A stretch of 64,000 bases of DNA, from positions 744,001-808,000 of the forward strand of contig BCIN01000003.1 of the NCBI GenBank assembly GCA_039545335.1, given 5' to 3'. The notes beneath the pieces were generated by a model, which saw nothing but the letters and a program-made list of their open reading frames with translations, searched no databases and was not told where the DNA came from. Made by a program: the position numbers and the translations under genes. This document shows, piece after piece, positions 12,827 to 27,556 of this stretch (positions are counted from its first letter, which is position 1; each line of letters begins with the position of its first letter). This DNA comes from Kondoa subrosea (lineage: Eukaryota).

Positions 12827-13479
12827 GTTGTGCAAGCTTCGAAGTATTACTATAGTTCAGATTTTCCGTAGCACATTCGATGAAGGCTTTCCACAGGAGA
12901 TCATGCAAGAGAGAGCTGCTAGATTCAGAAAGTATCCCTGAGCATCAAAGGAGCAGATCAAGTTATTTGAAACAGTAGAACAACTCAAGAAGCTATCTAT
13001 CTTCAAGCAATGAATATGCAATAGATCTTGGGGCTCGATCAATCAGCTTGCGGGCCATTTCGTGAAGTTCCGAAGCCCAGTCTATGAAAGTCGTATGCAA
13101 CCCATGGCAAAGCGCACTGCTAATCGGTATCTATGGATAGACGTATTCTGAAGTTATCTCGCAACTTTTTTGCAAGTGGCATTTCACTTATTCCACGAGT
13201 CCCGGTCTCACACATATATCTTGAACTGCTTTACATTCTTCCCTTCCTGATGGTTGGCATCTTGTTCCCCTCACTTCGAGGCGCATCGAACGCATGCTTC
13301 AGATCTATACCAAGACTATCTGTTCCTCTTCCTGCCGTCTCATGCCGAGATATCGTCATTCCGACCTGGTTTGCTGACATGATCATATCGTCCACTTGCT
13401 TAGCAACCAAACTGTGGGCAATGCCGCTCCCTTTTCCCAGAAACGCTTCTTGATCCTGTGCATACACTTCCTACTCAAG

Positions 13480-14981
<1,502 letters not shown>

Positions 14982-15035
14982 TGAATTCTAGATTTACTGT
15001 TCTAATGATACTGTAATGCAATAGAGAAACAAGAA

Positions 15036-15863
15036 TTAACAGCGCTTTACAATAGGCCCTGTTTCTCTTCCTGCTTTGGTGTCAGCGCCGATTGCTCCCA
15101 TCTGTAAAGGCTGTGACCCGGCAATGGTCTTCTTTACCTGATTCCATTGCTGAGTCGTGATCCCTGCAGCGCTACATAATCTTGTGTCGAAATCAAGACC
15201 CGGCTCGATGATCTTGTGAAGAACGATGAGCCAACCCTTGACGATCGGGCGATGCTGCTCGACAAAGGTAGATCTAGTTTGCGATAGGATTTGGCAAGTT
15301 GTCCAGAAGCAACCTAGGAAGCCATGCCAAAGATCAGGCGAAAGATGTTCTATTCCAGGACTGTAGTAATGGGCTTGCGCAACTAATATAGCTTCGTTGA
15401 TATGGACTTCCAGAGCATTGAACCGTGATTCTTGTAAATTTCGGTATAGCTTTGTAGCTACAGTCCAGCTAGCCATTGGGAGACCGATTGAGACAGCAGG
15501 AAGTATAAATTCCGAAGCGCTTTGACCGAAAGCGATGGCCGCAGCTCTACTTAAGACAACACCGGTTGCCCAAACGCCAGCCACTTTCTGGAAACCCGGT
15601 AGTATACGCTCCATGAGTTTGGCGTCTCCATGTGTCTCTTGAATTCTGGTATGCATGTCAAGAAGATTTCGCCATTGCATTTCCGCTTGGCTAGTTGTCA
15701 AAGGAACGAAATCTGGGTGACCAGACAAGTTCGCGTATTGTTCTTTGCTTATGGGAGTTAACGGTTGTATAGGTATGTCGATAGTCGATGGAAAGAAAGT
15801 GATATGGGAAGAGAAGAGAGAGAAAAAGAAAGCGCCATGTCTGGCGCGAACAAAGGATCGCAT
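15036..15863 (-). CDS. Hypothetical protein with two central hydrophobic segments
   Basis: 275-aa uninterrupted ORF; no recognisable family; start codon uncertain. Confidence 0.5.
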   Translation of the reverse strand: MRSFVRARHGAFFFSLFSSHITFFPSTIDIPIQPLTPISKEQYANLSGHPDFVPLTTSQAEMQWRNLLDMHTRIQETHGDAKLMERILPGFQKVAGVWATGVVLSRAAAIAFGQSASEFILPAVSIGLPMASWTVATKLYRNLQESRFNALEVHINEAILVAQAHYYSPGIEHLSPDLWHGFLGCFWTTCQILSQTRSTFVEQHRPIVKGWLIVLHKIIEPGLDFDTRLCSAAGITTQQWNQVKKTIAGSQPLQMGAIGADTKAGRETGPIVKRC

Positions 15864-16095
15864 GTGAAGGCCGAATTGGGTCTAACGCCTGAAAAGCTTT
15901 CGCTTCACAGTCAAGAGAAACCCCGAGAATTGTATGCCTGTATGATCGATGATCATAGACAGAACAGACACAATAAAGAAAATCTTGATTCATAGCCAGG
16001 TGAACCATGTTGACAAAGGGAATTGACCATCGAAAGCATTGGCGCTCTTTGCGTGGCGGTCCGAGCCATGAGCAATGGCCAGTTGATAAAGAGAT

Positions 16096-17094
16096 TCACG
16101 ACGCTTTTGTAAAACTTCCAGTACTTCCCGCTATTCTCGAGCATAGAGTCTTGTGATCATACTCCTTCCAATCTTTCTTTTGACAGACTTTACTGCAATA
16201 CATCTGTGCGCTGATCAGTAGTAGTCCACGCGTCAAAAGAGGGGCATACCTGCTGACGGCAAGATGAACATCGCTTGAAACCTCGCGCGTCCGTTTTTCG
16301 CTCCTTCTCAAGCTCAGGAGCATAATACTGGCCACAAATACATGTATAATGTCCGTTAGAGGCCCATCTTTGGGTGTCATCGGGATCAATTTCCTCAAAT
16401 TCGCAAAGTGCGCGGACTCTCGCTTTTGCGTCAGCAATCAAAGAAATCCGTCTGTAGCTACTGAATTTGGGTTCATTGATGAAGCATCTGAGAAAGACTC
16501 GTAATTTAGTCGATTCCAGAGCGATGTTTAGGTGTTCGTCAAAGTGATTGGCGAAAGCTCGTAGATCGACAGAATCTTGAGGTCGCCGAGCAACTCGCAA
16601 GGCGACTACAGCTTCAACAATCTGAGTATTGTGGAAAAGAAAAGGTGAAAGACCAAAGAGTTCTCCTTCCAGCAGGTCGGCTCCTTCAGAAGATTTATAC
16701 CAATCCTTGTGGTAGCGAAGAATGCTAGTAATATATTCCGACATTGCTTGGGCTCGTATTTCAAGAGGAGACCCCTTTAGAAAGTCCGACCAGGTCAAGA
16801 CGCGGTGAAGGAATTCTCTTGTCGCTCGGGTAGTTGACGTGATTCGAGTCGACGCAATATGCTGAAGGGCCGCGAGAAAGCGCCTGGATCCGTGGATGTG
16901 ATCATGCGATAAAAGGGTTCAATTCCAATGCATTTATTGTGTCCTTCGTCTGTAATAGTCTTCATGAACTCTTCCGCCGCTTGATTTACTTCATTGAATC
17001 TTCCAGCCTTTGAATCCTCGACCATAGGTCCGCGTTTCTCCCTCATTGTTAACATACACGCATGTGATAGCGTTCCTTCGAATCTTGAGCTCAT
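16096..17094 (-). CDS. MYND zinc-finger protein
   Basis: C-terminal CICG...FKRCSSCRQ|QMYCSKVCQKKDWKEYDHKTLC. Confidence 0.8.
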
Positions 17095-17504
17095 GCCAAT
17101 CCACCTGCCTTCTCCACTTTCATTTGCTGGCTAGAGACGTCTCAAGGGGAAATGAAGTCTTGGTAGGGTAAAAGATCTCGCTTCACTCAACTATCAGATG
17201 ACAGCGCTAGTTCTATGCGAACCTCGTGGTTTTGGAAAACCCTCGATAAACTCGAAATGTCGACGTTCTGCATCATGCAGCCACTCATATCGCTCTGACA
17301 GCACTCGCGCACCCTCCCAGCGTCTTTCTGTCATCTAAGCGCGCGAATACTCGCCTAGACCTTTTATCCTCGAAAACTGGCAGCCGAATGCAGGCAGCCG
17401 AGATATCGATTCCGAGTTTTGTCCTATCATCTGTGCATATATTCTGTCGCTCCACGACTTAGTAGAGTCGCTGCTACAAAGTGACGCAAATAGAAGAGCA
17501 AGAA

Positions 17505-19437
17505 ATGCAGATGTCGAAGCTCGCAGAGTCAGAGGGGCAGCCAGATGCGCTGCATAAAGCCAAATCTTCGCAGTCTTTCATGCAAGATGTAGATTACAAG
17601 ACCATCGATCTCTTCTTTCTGCCTATTCCCAAGCGATTGCGATACAACCGTAACGATCCTGCTTCGCTAACGCTGATATTGAACATCATTTTTGGCTTCT
17701 CGAGCACGCTTACTGTCGCCAACTTATACTGTATGTGCTTTTCGAGTCGCTTTAGATCCTCATTTTACTTTTCTTTTGCAGATGTACAACCCATTCTTCT
17801 GGATCTAGCGAATTCTTTTGGCTTAACCTACTCGGATGTCGCAAATCTGCCGATCCTACTTCAATCTGGCTACGCTGCTGGAATCCTTCTTATATCGCCT
17901 TGCGGAGATTTGGTTCGACGGCGACAACTCATTCTTGGTCTTCTGATACTTTCAACTTCTTTTACTGTTGGTTTGGCTGTCACCAAGAATGTACGGGTTT
18001 TCCAGGCCCTATGCTTTCTTACTGGCTTTACTACCCAATTACCTCAACTCCTTATACCCTTGGCTGCTGACTTGGCTCGACCTGAGCAGAGAGCATCAGC
18101 AATCTCCATAGGTATGCATGAATTCATTCTGTCAGACGTATATGCTCATGTAGTCGATATAGTCATGAGTGGATTGTTGGCAGGAATCTCAGTAGCGCGA
18201 ATTCTATCGGGAATCGTTGCTGAATATGTCTCTTACACCTATGTCGTGAGCCTGAATTCTCGTCTTCATTCATCTTCAGCTAATTGCTTCATTCTCAGTA
18301 CTGGTATGGAGAAAGTATATTAACTTTGCTCCTTTTTGGCTAATGTCTGCACGTAATCAGGATGGCTACAGGAATGCAGGCTACCATCTTTATCTCACTC
18401 TATTTCTTCCTACCCGACTTTCCAGCCAAGGGCAAACACCTCACATTTCGCCATATCTATGGTAGCATGGCTAGATACGCTGTGACCGAACCTTTGCTCA
18501 TACAAGGTTGCATGATTGGCATGTTGATGTCTGCGATCTTTGTTGGGTACTGGAGTGAGAGCAATTTCGATCCAATGCAATGTCTCTTTTGCTGACGTGA
18601 ATACAGTTGTTATGACCTACTTACTGCAAGGACCAATCTACAACTTCAACACGTGAGTTGTTTCGTCTATGGCAGAGATTCCATTACTTACGACGATTGT
18701 CAGGCTCGGAACGGGTCTGTTTGGGCTAATTGGACTTGCTGGCGTGTGTACAGCTCCGGTAGCTGGAAAACTGATCGATCGAGTAAAACCTTGGGTTAGT
18801 TTTGCTCTGCGCTTATGCACAGTCTGGCTAAAGTGTAGTTGCTAGGTCGGTCAACTAATGGGTCTGACACTGTGTCTCGTTTCTCTTATCTTATACGCTA
18901 CGACTGCTGGTCGTCATCTAGCGGCATTGGTCATCATTACTTTCATGCTGGATGTTGGTCAGCCAATGCAGCAAATTGCCAATGCCTCAAGAATAGCTTC
19001 TATCGAGCCTGCTGCTCGTGGTCGCTTCAATTCCGTCTTGTGAGTCATTGCCCGTGTTAGGCGTGGAATACATTTGACCAAGGAAGTAGCGTTATTTCCA
19101 TCTTCATAGGGTCAGCTTCCCTTTACATCGCTCCCATTTCACCTGGTGCTGAATACTTTTCTAAAGGCAAATATGGGGCACTAGAGCTTCTACTTCCATC
19201 TTTCTTCAACACAACTGGTCTATCACTGGAGCTTTCTGGTCCGCTTCAGCAGCAGGAGCGATTCTGATCTTATTTTGTCGTGGACCGAATGAGAAAAGGA
19301 AAACGATAGCTGGTTGGAGAGGAGGAACAAACTTGAGGAAAGAGAAAATTCTACTTGGTGATGAGGAAGCGAAAGCTGGTCAAGCTGGAAAAGAGGAATC
19401 GACTGAAGAACAAAAAGCAGATGAGCCGAAAGTGTGA
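17505..19437 (+). CDS. MFS transporter
   Basis: IPKRLRY, TVANLYY/VQPIL, QSGYAAG...GDLVRRRQL, PLAADLA, SGLLAGISVARILSG, GKLIDR and RGRFNS; includes a 5-nt exon at 18299-18303. Confidence 0.9.
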
Positions 19438-19999
19438 TGCTGTCATTCTTTGCTTGCAAGAGAGCTCTCTGGTCAGTTATGTCCTAGTAAAGGATTGATC
19501 TGGTCTGATCAGTTGCTTATGTAGGAACCCTCTGAAGCCGAACGCTTCCATAACTGAACTGTTTTCGCCTATATCCGAAAGGTGAGTCAGTAGCGATCTC
19601 ACTGCGTACTTCCTGACGCGTTATGCAGAGCATATGTCTTAGCAAGCGCCGTGATCTGAAGCAGATCAGGGGTCATCCATATGCATCGGAAGTCGGGCAG
19701 CAAGCGATGGTATTGAAGCACGACGCGTTTGCATCATATTCTTGTACATATTTTGATGTGCATAGCTGGTCACCGTGTGGGTCCTGAGCGCCAGGGCAGA
19801 AGTCATGCAATTTGACTTTTGTATTGAACCTCGACCTGATTCCTTTCTCTCGCATTCCCAAGTTATAGACTTCAAGCAGAGTCTTTCTCTATATCCTATC
19901 CACCGCAGGCCTCGCAAATCCATTCTTTACCCAAATTTATTCGGTCCTCGCGTGCGCGCATTAAAGTGGTGAAAAAGCGTGTGCCTCAAGAGAAACGGA

Positions 20000-21722
20000 G
20001 TCTCGGGCTACGCTATTCTTCATCTGGACGACCACTCTACCCAATGAGCGATCGCAGCGATCCGGTAGCTTTCTGGTGTTCGTGCTTTGAACCAATCTAG
20101 GCAAGTCATGCAGAATCTGAACACTCGCAATGAATAGGGTATTACGACAATCAGCAGACATATACGGTCCAACAATGCGCAACTATCGACTTGCATGTCA
20201 CCCCTTCTAATGCGACCACACCAGCGTCGCCTCCATATACATTCATTACCTATGCCCGAAATCAACTACCTACTGTCTTGGATGCTGGAGACGGCTTAGA
20301 ACCATTCGAATGGCAAGTACAATATCCTAGTGGAACTCAACTGTTGTTATCAATGGTTGATGCAGAAGGGAGAAGCGGAGGTGTAGGACCTCAAGTATGC
20401 TCTTGTCTAAATGTCGCTATGAAATCAAAGCTAAGATAATGATCTCACGTGTTCAGGTCACAGTCATAGCAGGAAACACTACATCATGTTTGCCAGACCT
20501 ACTTTCAGATCCAGTCATAACAATGGAGCTCGATCCACCGCTGAATCCTGCTCTATGTCAGCCTATAAATGGTATGATTGTTTAATTCCAGCTTAGTGTG
20601 TATCTGATGCCAGAACTGGACAGTTCAAGTCTTCAACGGTCTTCCACCTTATGTCTTGACAATAGCCAAAGCGGGAGATGTGGGCATGAACTTCACCTTT
20701 ACAGATCAAACCAGCTGGCCAAACCCATATCAAGCTGGCTCAGGGTTTATGAGTCAGTTTTGGATTATATTTCACTGCTGTCGAATTGCTCATGCATGTA
20801 CCACCAGTGGCCGTCAGCGACTCAGCAGGTCGCTATGCGTACACGTCAGATCTTATCTTCAGCGCAGGCGGAAGCAATACAACTTGTCTGCCAAACAGTC
20901 AGACGTCACCGAATCAAGTCAATAAAGGGTAAGTCTGCTTGTGACAATACACAAATAAGTGCTTACACCAATTCAAGAGTGTCGAAAAGTTTGGTCATCG
21001 GCGTCGCTGCTGGAGTGGCAGGCACTTTAATCATTCTTTTCGGAGTGTTTTGGTTTTGCAAAAGAAGGCGGCAGAACAAAAATCAGAGACCTTCGAATCG
21101 CAACTCTCTCTATGGCCCAACATCTAAAAGCTCGCATCAAAGACTCAATTCTGTATCTTCTTCAGACCTTCTCACATCATCTCGACGTTCCCCTACCGAT
21201 GCACATTCAGTACACTCTCTACAAGCCTTACATCCTCGAACTTTCTTCGTTGTCAATCCTGATGATACAGCCGATGATGCATCGACCATCAATGGAGAGA
21301 GTCCTTCGTACGAAAGACAATCTTTTACACCTGGACCTTCTTCCGCTTCTTATATGCCACGTCAACAAAGCGACTGGACTTCTTCCGCAATCAATACTCG
21401 CCGAATTTCAGTAGATCATCAAAGTCAAGCAAGATCGAGAAGGAATTCAGGTGGAAATCCTCAATCAAATTGGGGCTCTTCGATAGCTTCTTTCCCAGTT
21501 ACTGATCGAGAAGATGATGATTCTTGGATGGAAGATGATTATTATACTGCTGCTGCACGAAGATCAGCAGGGAACAGCAATAGGTCACCAGTCAGTCCTG
21601 TAGATAGAGTGATACAGCACGAAGATGCCGGTCAGGCAATTGAATTACCGCCATCATATCAAGACCGGCAACAGAGGGAAAAGGAGAGTGGTTTCTTTCC
21701 GATAGAAAAGGGACGATCTTAG
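20000..21722 (+). CDS. Type I membrane protein with repeated extracellular domains and PPxY tail (start uncertain)
   Basis: QQCATI..PPYTF..WQVQYPSGTQLLLSMVDAEGRSGG; TM IGVAAGVAGTLIILFGVFWFC followed by KRRR; tail QHEDAG..IELPPSY. Confidence 0.7.
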
Positions 21723-21827
21723 ACTTGTGTCGTCAATTCACCTATAGCTTTTCAGTATCAGTCGTTAGAAGCTTGTAAAGTGATGTTGTAACGCATAGGT
21801 CTAAATCATACTTTCTATACGCAGACT

Positions 21828-23652
21828 CTACTCCCTTACTTTGCTACTCTTATGCTCTTCCAACCACTTTTCCAACTCTCTCACTATAAACTCATCGGCT
21901 TTCGCATCCTCGATGGGTTTCCGACCTTTTCTTTGACCTTCATCATAAGCTTGCTGAATCAGTTCCGCCCAATTCCCTTCTTCAAAAGTTGTCCTGCTCA
22001 TTTCCACAACCGTTCCACGTTGATGCATCATTCTCTTGAGACCCCATTCTTCAACAAAGAGCGGTCTTGGTACTAATCGGTTCCCCATGATCAGCTTGGG
22101 TTTTGTGGACCAAGAGACAAACGAGCATACCGTATACGAAAGGCAACTGAGCAGTGATACACTCCGAGCAAGTCCCAAACCCAAGTTTACCCAAAAGGCA
22201 ATCGGCCAAAGCGCACAAATCAGGTAAATACACATCTCTCGGACACCCGTAGAAACCAGTGGGCAAATCTTCTTGCTTGTCCTTTTCAGTCAACCCACAA
22301 ACTAGAGCGATCCATCCTGGTGGTAGAAGGTTTTCTTTGATAGGATGTAACTCGGTCGAGGAAGATATTTTGGGTGTTGAGTGAGTTTCAGCTGCTGGTG
22401 CACCTGGAAGATAAAGGTGTTGTTCAGTTACTGTACGAGATAAGTCTGGTCGCAAATGAGCTGTACGGGAAGGAGGTTTAGGCGATGGGATTCGAGAAGG
22501 AGGTTGACTGGAAGAAGGTGTAGACGCAGGTCGCTTGATGTTCTGACCGCCAAAAGATAAGATGAGGATCTTGCTCGCTTGAAGTTCTGTTGGAACACCC
22601 ATCGAGGTAAGCAAAGAACGTTGATAGCCAGGCTTGTATGCATCGACATGAGGTCGACGAGATATGAGAGGAGTATCGATGACCTTTCGATTGCTCTCTG
22701 AATCGGTGTTGCAAGGGATTTCTGAAGTGGGTCGGGAAAGGATATGCTCAACTTCCGGGATTAGGGCATTTGTCTTTCGATCAATCCAGCGAGATGAAGG
22801 CATGGGTACATCGAGATCGAAGCTCGGGAGAGGAATAACGCCAGGTAGCCGAAGAACCAGAGATGCGCAAGTGTAATCTTGAACAGCTTGAGAAACAGGT
22901 ATGTCTAGCTCGGCAGTGTCGAGAGGGACATCTTCGCCGAGATCTTCGTCGGTATATGTAGATTGAGGTGTATCAAGGTAAGAGTAGCAAGAATCAAAGG
23001 TGAAGTTGCTGATGATAGCAGAAGGAATTCCCGCAGCTCTGGCAGCAGCACTACCGAAACAACATGAAGGACACAAGCCTTCTGGTAGAACGGAGCATAC
23101 CAAGGTAAGAAAGGAGCATCAACAATGACTGCATCCACTTTGTTCGCCTTCAACCTAGAGATATGCTCAGACGCATTGCTGCTTCAAGCATAAAAAACTG
23201 ACCATTCAGCTTCTTCTCTCACTCGCTCTTCTCTACGCTCCATGAAGGACTTCAAGCCTTCGAAGGTCTTCTGTCTATCGACATCGTATGCCTTGGGTTG
23301 TGAGATTCCAGCATCAATATCTGCCTTTCTGTATGCTGCGCCTTGATCCTGAACGGTCTGAAAGATATGAGAAGCCGCATTGGTGACGATGAAGACTTCG
23401 TGTCTCGTAAGCAAAGCTTCCGTGACAGCTACAACTCGAGTTGCCTGTCAGATCAACAAGACCCTCAGAATGCAAGCTGGAAATGACAGAAGCCAGCTTA
23501 CATGTCCATAGCCATGGCATAAAAAATGGCATGAAATTAGGCAGGTATCTACCTGGTGCACGGTAGGTACTAACCAGAGCCTGGGCAAAGCTGATTAGTT
23601 GAGTCTATGAGGCAAAAGACCATAAACACAGACAATAATATGCGAAACGCAT
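21828..23652 (-). CDS. GT-B-fold protein resembling the N-terminal domain of plant L-arabinokinase
   Basis: MRFAYYCSGHGYGHATRV, DAPFLPCAAA, SNFTFD, LLRLPG-like, SFGGQ, DCLLGKLGFGTCSEC and PFVYVPRPLFVEE; no kinase domain is present. Confidence 0.8.
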
Positions 23653-23862
23653 GACGAGCGATATAATCAATCAAGAGCCACTGAAGAGGAGTCTTTTTGC
23701 AGAGAGACAGCCAAGTCTAGACAGAGCACATCCCGACTTCAGATGGCAGTCAAGAGCAAGAGCTCGAGCGGAAATATAGAGGGGAGCATTGCGTGGACCT
23801 GTACGACGGGCCGGATGATGGAAGATATCGACTGAGATGCTTCTGGAGTATACCAACCCAGC

Positions 23863-26800
23863 ATGCATACTGTCCTGTCTCCTCGCCTTGTACTCTCGTC
23901 TGTGACAGACAAGGTTGACGCTTTATTGATTCATGGTCAACGTGTCTACCTCGGAGCTGCTACAGGCAAGATCTCTGTTTATCGGGTCCCTGAAGATGGA
24001 GAAAGCGAGGCTACGTTGGAAGCTTCAAGCGAGACTCTGTCTAAGAAATCTATTGAGCAACTCGGCGTGATCAAGGAGACCAACAGTCTTGTCATTTTAT
24101 CAGATGGAATGGTCACTCTGGCGGATTTGCATACGTTGGCTGTACAAATGCTTCTAAAGCAAACCAAATCTCAAGCTAGCATCTTCGAGATTGATAGTTC
24201 CATTCAAGCTCAAGCAAGTTCAGGTCAAGCAGGTACTCCTGGCATACCTTCCGTTCTCACTACACTTGCTGTTGGCTGCAAACGACGTTGTATACTCTTT
24301 TCTTGGCGTGACAGCGAATGGCAGCAACCAAAAGAAGTTCCTCTACCGCACCAGATCCGTTCTTTGACCTTTCCTACACCGAGCACTATCATCTTAGGCT
24401 TTTCTACGTCTTCTTATGGCAAAATTAGTCTGAATCAAGCTGGGAAACTGCAAGCTGGACCGACTCTTGAAGATTTTGTATTGCCGACTGCAGATCTGGC
24501 CCTAGCTGTACCTGCACAAAGTACGGCAACGAATAACGCTACCGAAAAAGGTCTTCCTGGTCTATCTTCTTTAGGAGGATTGGGTAGTTTAGCACTAGGT
24601 CTTGGTGGAATTGGACGCGTTGCAAAGAATGAAGTCCTCAGTACGGGCAAAGGAGAGCTGTTGGTCATGCGAGATAGTAAGGACGATTGAAGTCATTCAG
24701 CATAGTGGCTGATGTGGCTCAATATCTCCTTACAGCCAATGCATTGCTCTTCTCTTCCGATGGTAAAGCACCTGCAACGCGAAGTATCGTCTATCCTGTT
24801 CCACCTGATGAAATCATTATCTCCCCTCCATACATCGTATCTTTGATACCTCAACCGCAACCATCTCAATTTTCTCCTCCTCATTCACGACATTCCCATG
24901 TCGGCACTATGGTTCAGCTGAACTCTATCTCTACCTTAACGCATATTCAATCTTTTCCTCTGCCTCCTCAAGACTCAATCTCACCTACTTCTGCTACCGA
25001 TCACAAGACTTCTCCACCTACCCAAACAGTCCGCCTGCTCACTTCTTCCACTGGCAATAAACCACCTCTAGCCGTCTTACTCTCGCCACCCATCAACACT
25101 ACCGGTCTCTCTTCCGTCTGTTTGCTGACAATGCAAAGTTGGCCTAAACAGATTGATCAAATGGTCAGCAACGGTTCTTACGCCGAAGCACTTTCACTTC
25201 TGGAATCCGTTGAAGATCTCTTCTTACCTGATAAACCTTTACGACGAAAGAAGTTGCAAGCTTTGAACGCGGTAGAAGCTTTCAATAAAGGCAAATTTGA
25301 TGAAAGTGTGGATACGTTCATTGAATTGGAACTCAACCCTGCTAAAGTCGTCACACTTTACCCCAAAGAAATCAGTGGGAAACTTTGGAGAGAAGAAGAA
25401 AAGAGAGAAGAAGTCTTTGGTGGTCGATCAGGCGAAACGGTTTTAGCTCAAAGGCGAGGGAAAGAAGAAGTTAATAGTCCTACTACTGCTACACCAGCTG
25501 GAGAACAATCGACACCTACTACAGGCGGAGGATGGAGATTTGCTAGTATCAGGACCAAGAAAGATGATGATACAGCTAGTATCAAATCTGCTCATTCTGG
25601 AACCGGCCGAACACCTCGAACCAGACAAATCTCTATGGCTGAGTCTATTGATGCGACTACTCCCCACTTGGATGACAAAGGAACGGATTTCAGGCGATCG
25701 GTCGAAGTCCTTTTGCGCTACCTCACTGATCGGAGACAAAAAGTCAATAAAGCATTAGCTAATCTGAGGTCCTCGGTTCGACCAAGTCCTTCTACCTCAA
25801 TCGGATCAGCTACTGCCGACGAATTGCTTTCTTTGCCCGATGGCAACTTATCCAAACTCAGTCCGCAAGAATTGCACAGGGTCGCCCAAATTGTCGATAC
25901 GGCGCTGTTCAAGTGCTATCTAGCTATTCGACCGAGTCTACTAGGTAGTTTGTGTCGTCTAGACAATTGGTGTGAGGTGGAGGAAGTCGAAGAATTGCTC
26001 ACTAATGCTAAGGTCAGCTGTGTTCGAAAGTGCAGTGCATTCTTCCGATGCTGTTCAACAGCGTTATCGGGAACTCCTGGATTTGTACCATGGCAAAGCT
26101 GATCATGAGAAAGCGTTGAAGTTGCTAAAGAGGTAAGCTATTTGCTTTTCTTCTTCGCATGATGATTAAGCGCAATCCTAACAGGATGAGCGAAGACGAA
26201 GACGATGTTCACGAGAAAGTCGATCCTACGGTACAATATCTACATAAACTTGGCCCCGCTCATCTGGAGCTCATCTTTGAAGCTTCGAAATGGGTCTTTG
26301 ATGTCTCGCTCGAAGCCGGTTTAGACGTGAGTACTCTCTTCAAGCCATCTTAAAATACTGAATCTTTCGATAGATCTTCACCGCTGATCTGGAGGAAGTG
26401 GAAAGTCTACCTCGGCATGCAGTCGCTTTGCATCTCGAACATCTCGACAAGGTTGGAAATCAAGTCTGTCAAGTCTATCTAGAACACATCATACAAGTTC
26501 TACATGAAGATGGACCGGAGTTTCACGAGAAACTGATTGAGCTTTATCTCGAAGATGTCAAGCATGGAAGTCCAGAAGGTCAGTGAGAGATCTTGTCGTG
26601 CATTACATGCTGGTTCTGAAACGCTGAGCTGACAGACGCTGAAGACATGTATACAAAGTTGCTCGATTTTCTAGAAACATCATCGCAATATCGGCCAGAT
26701 AGACTTCTCGGTCGATTACCTGCGGATAGCATGTACGAAGCCAGAGCATTACTGTTGGGTCGACTCGGTCAGCATGAAGGCGCTCTACAAATATACGTCA

Positions 26801-27394
26801 ACCGCTTAAAAGATTACGATACAGCGGAAGAGTCCGTTTTCTTTGTCATGCGTGACGTGCTTTACTCATGAAGTCTTCAGGTACTGTCATCGGACTTACG
26901 ACCAGAAACCTGATGACCGCGGCTCAATCTTCCTTACTTTATTACAAATTTACCTCAAACCTCGAACACAAACTGAACCGCTCTTTGAGCCTGCTCTGCA
27001 ACTCTTAGCACGTCAAGGAGCTCGAATTGACGCTTCAGAAGTTCTAGATCTCTTACCGCCTCTGATTACCATACAAAACCTGAATCAATTCCTTACCAAA
27101 GCACTTCGAAGACAGATTGAATCATCTCGAAGTGTGCGAGTGGAAAGAGAGATCTACCGAGCAAGAATGGATCAGTTGCAAAGAGGTCAAGTGTTGTTGG
27201 AAAGCAAACACGTCAAGATCACAGAGAGCAGGTTGTGTCCTGTTTGTCACAAACGACTAGGGAATAGCGTTCTTGCTGTTCATATGCCTCAGTATGTTTT
27301 TTCTTCCAACTTCCGTCGTACTTTTTCTCACACCTTATTCGCCAGCGGTATCACTACCCATTATAGATGTAAAGAGAATTACCAGCATGGTTAG
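23863..27394 (+). CDS. VPS39: Vps39/Vam6 (HOPS subunit; CNH and CHCR domains)
   Basis: IEQLGVIKETNSLVILSDG, QIVDTALFKCYL...LGSLCRLDNWC, FHEKLIELYL, LLGRLGQHEGAL and CPVCHKRLGNSV. Confidence 0.93.
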
Positions 27395-27556
27395 ATATAC
27401 AGATACAAAACTTCAAGTTTAGTATTTCATTAGAAAGCTTTCTATAGAGAAGGAAAATGCTATGCTCAAATGTAAAAAATGTTATGTGTGAATGAATGTG
27501 CATAAGATAATCTAGATCATTGTAAAACCCCAAGTGTCCCCTTCTTAATTTCCCTG

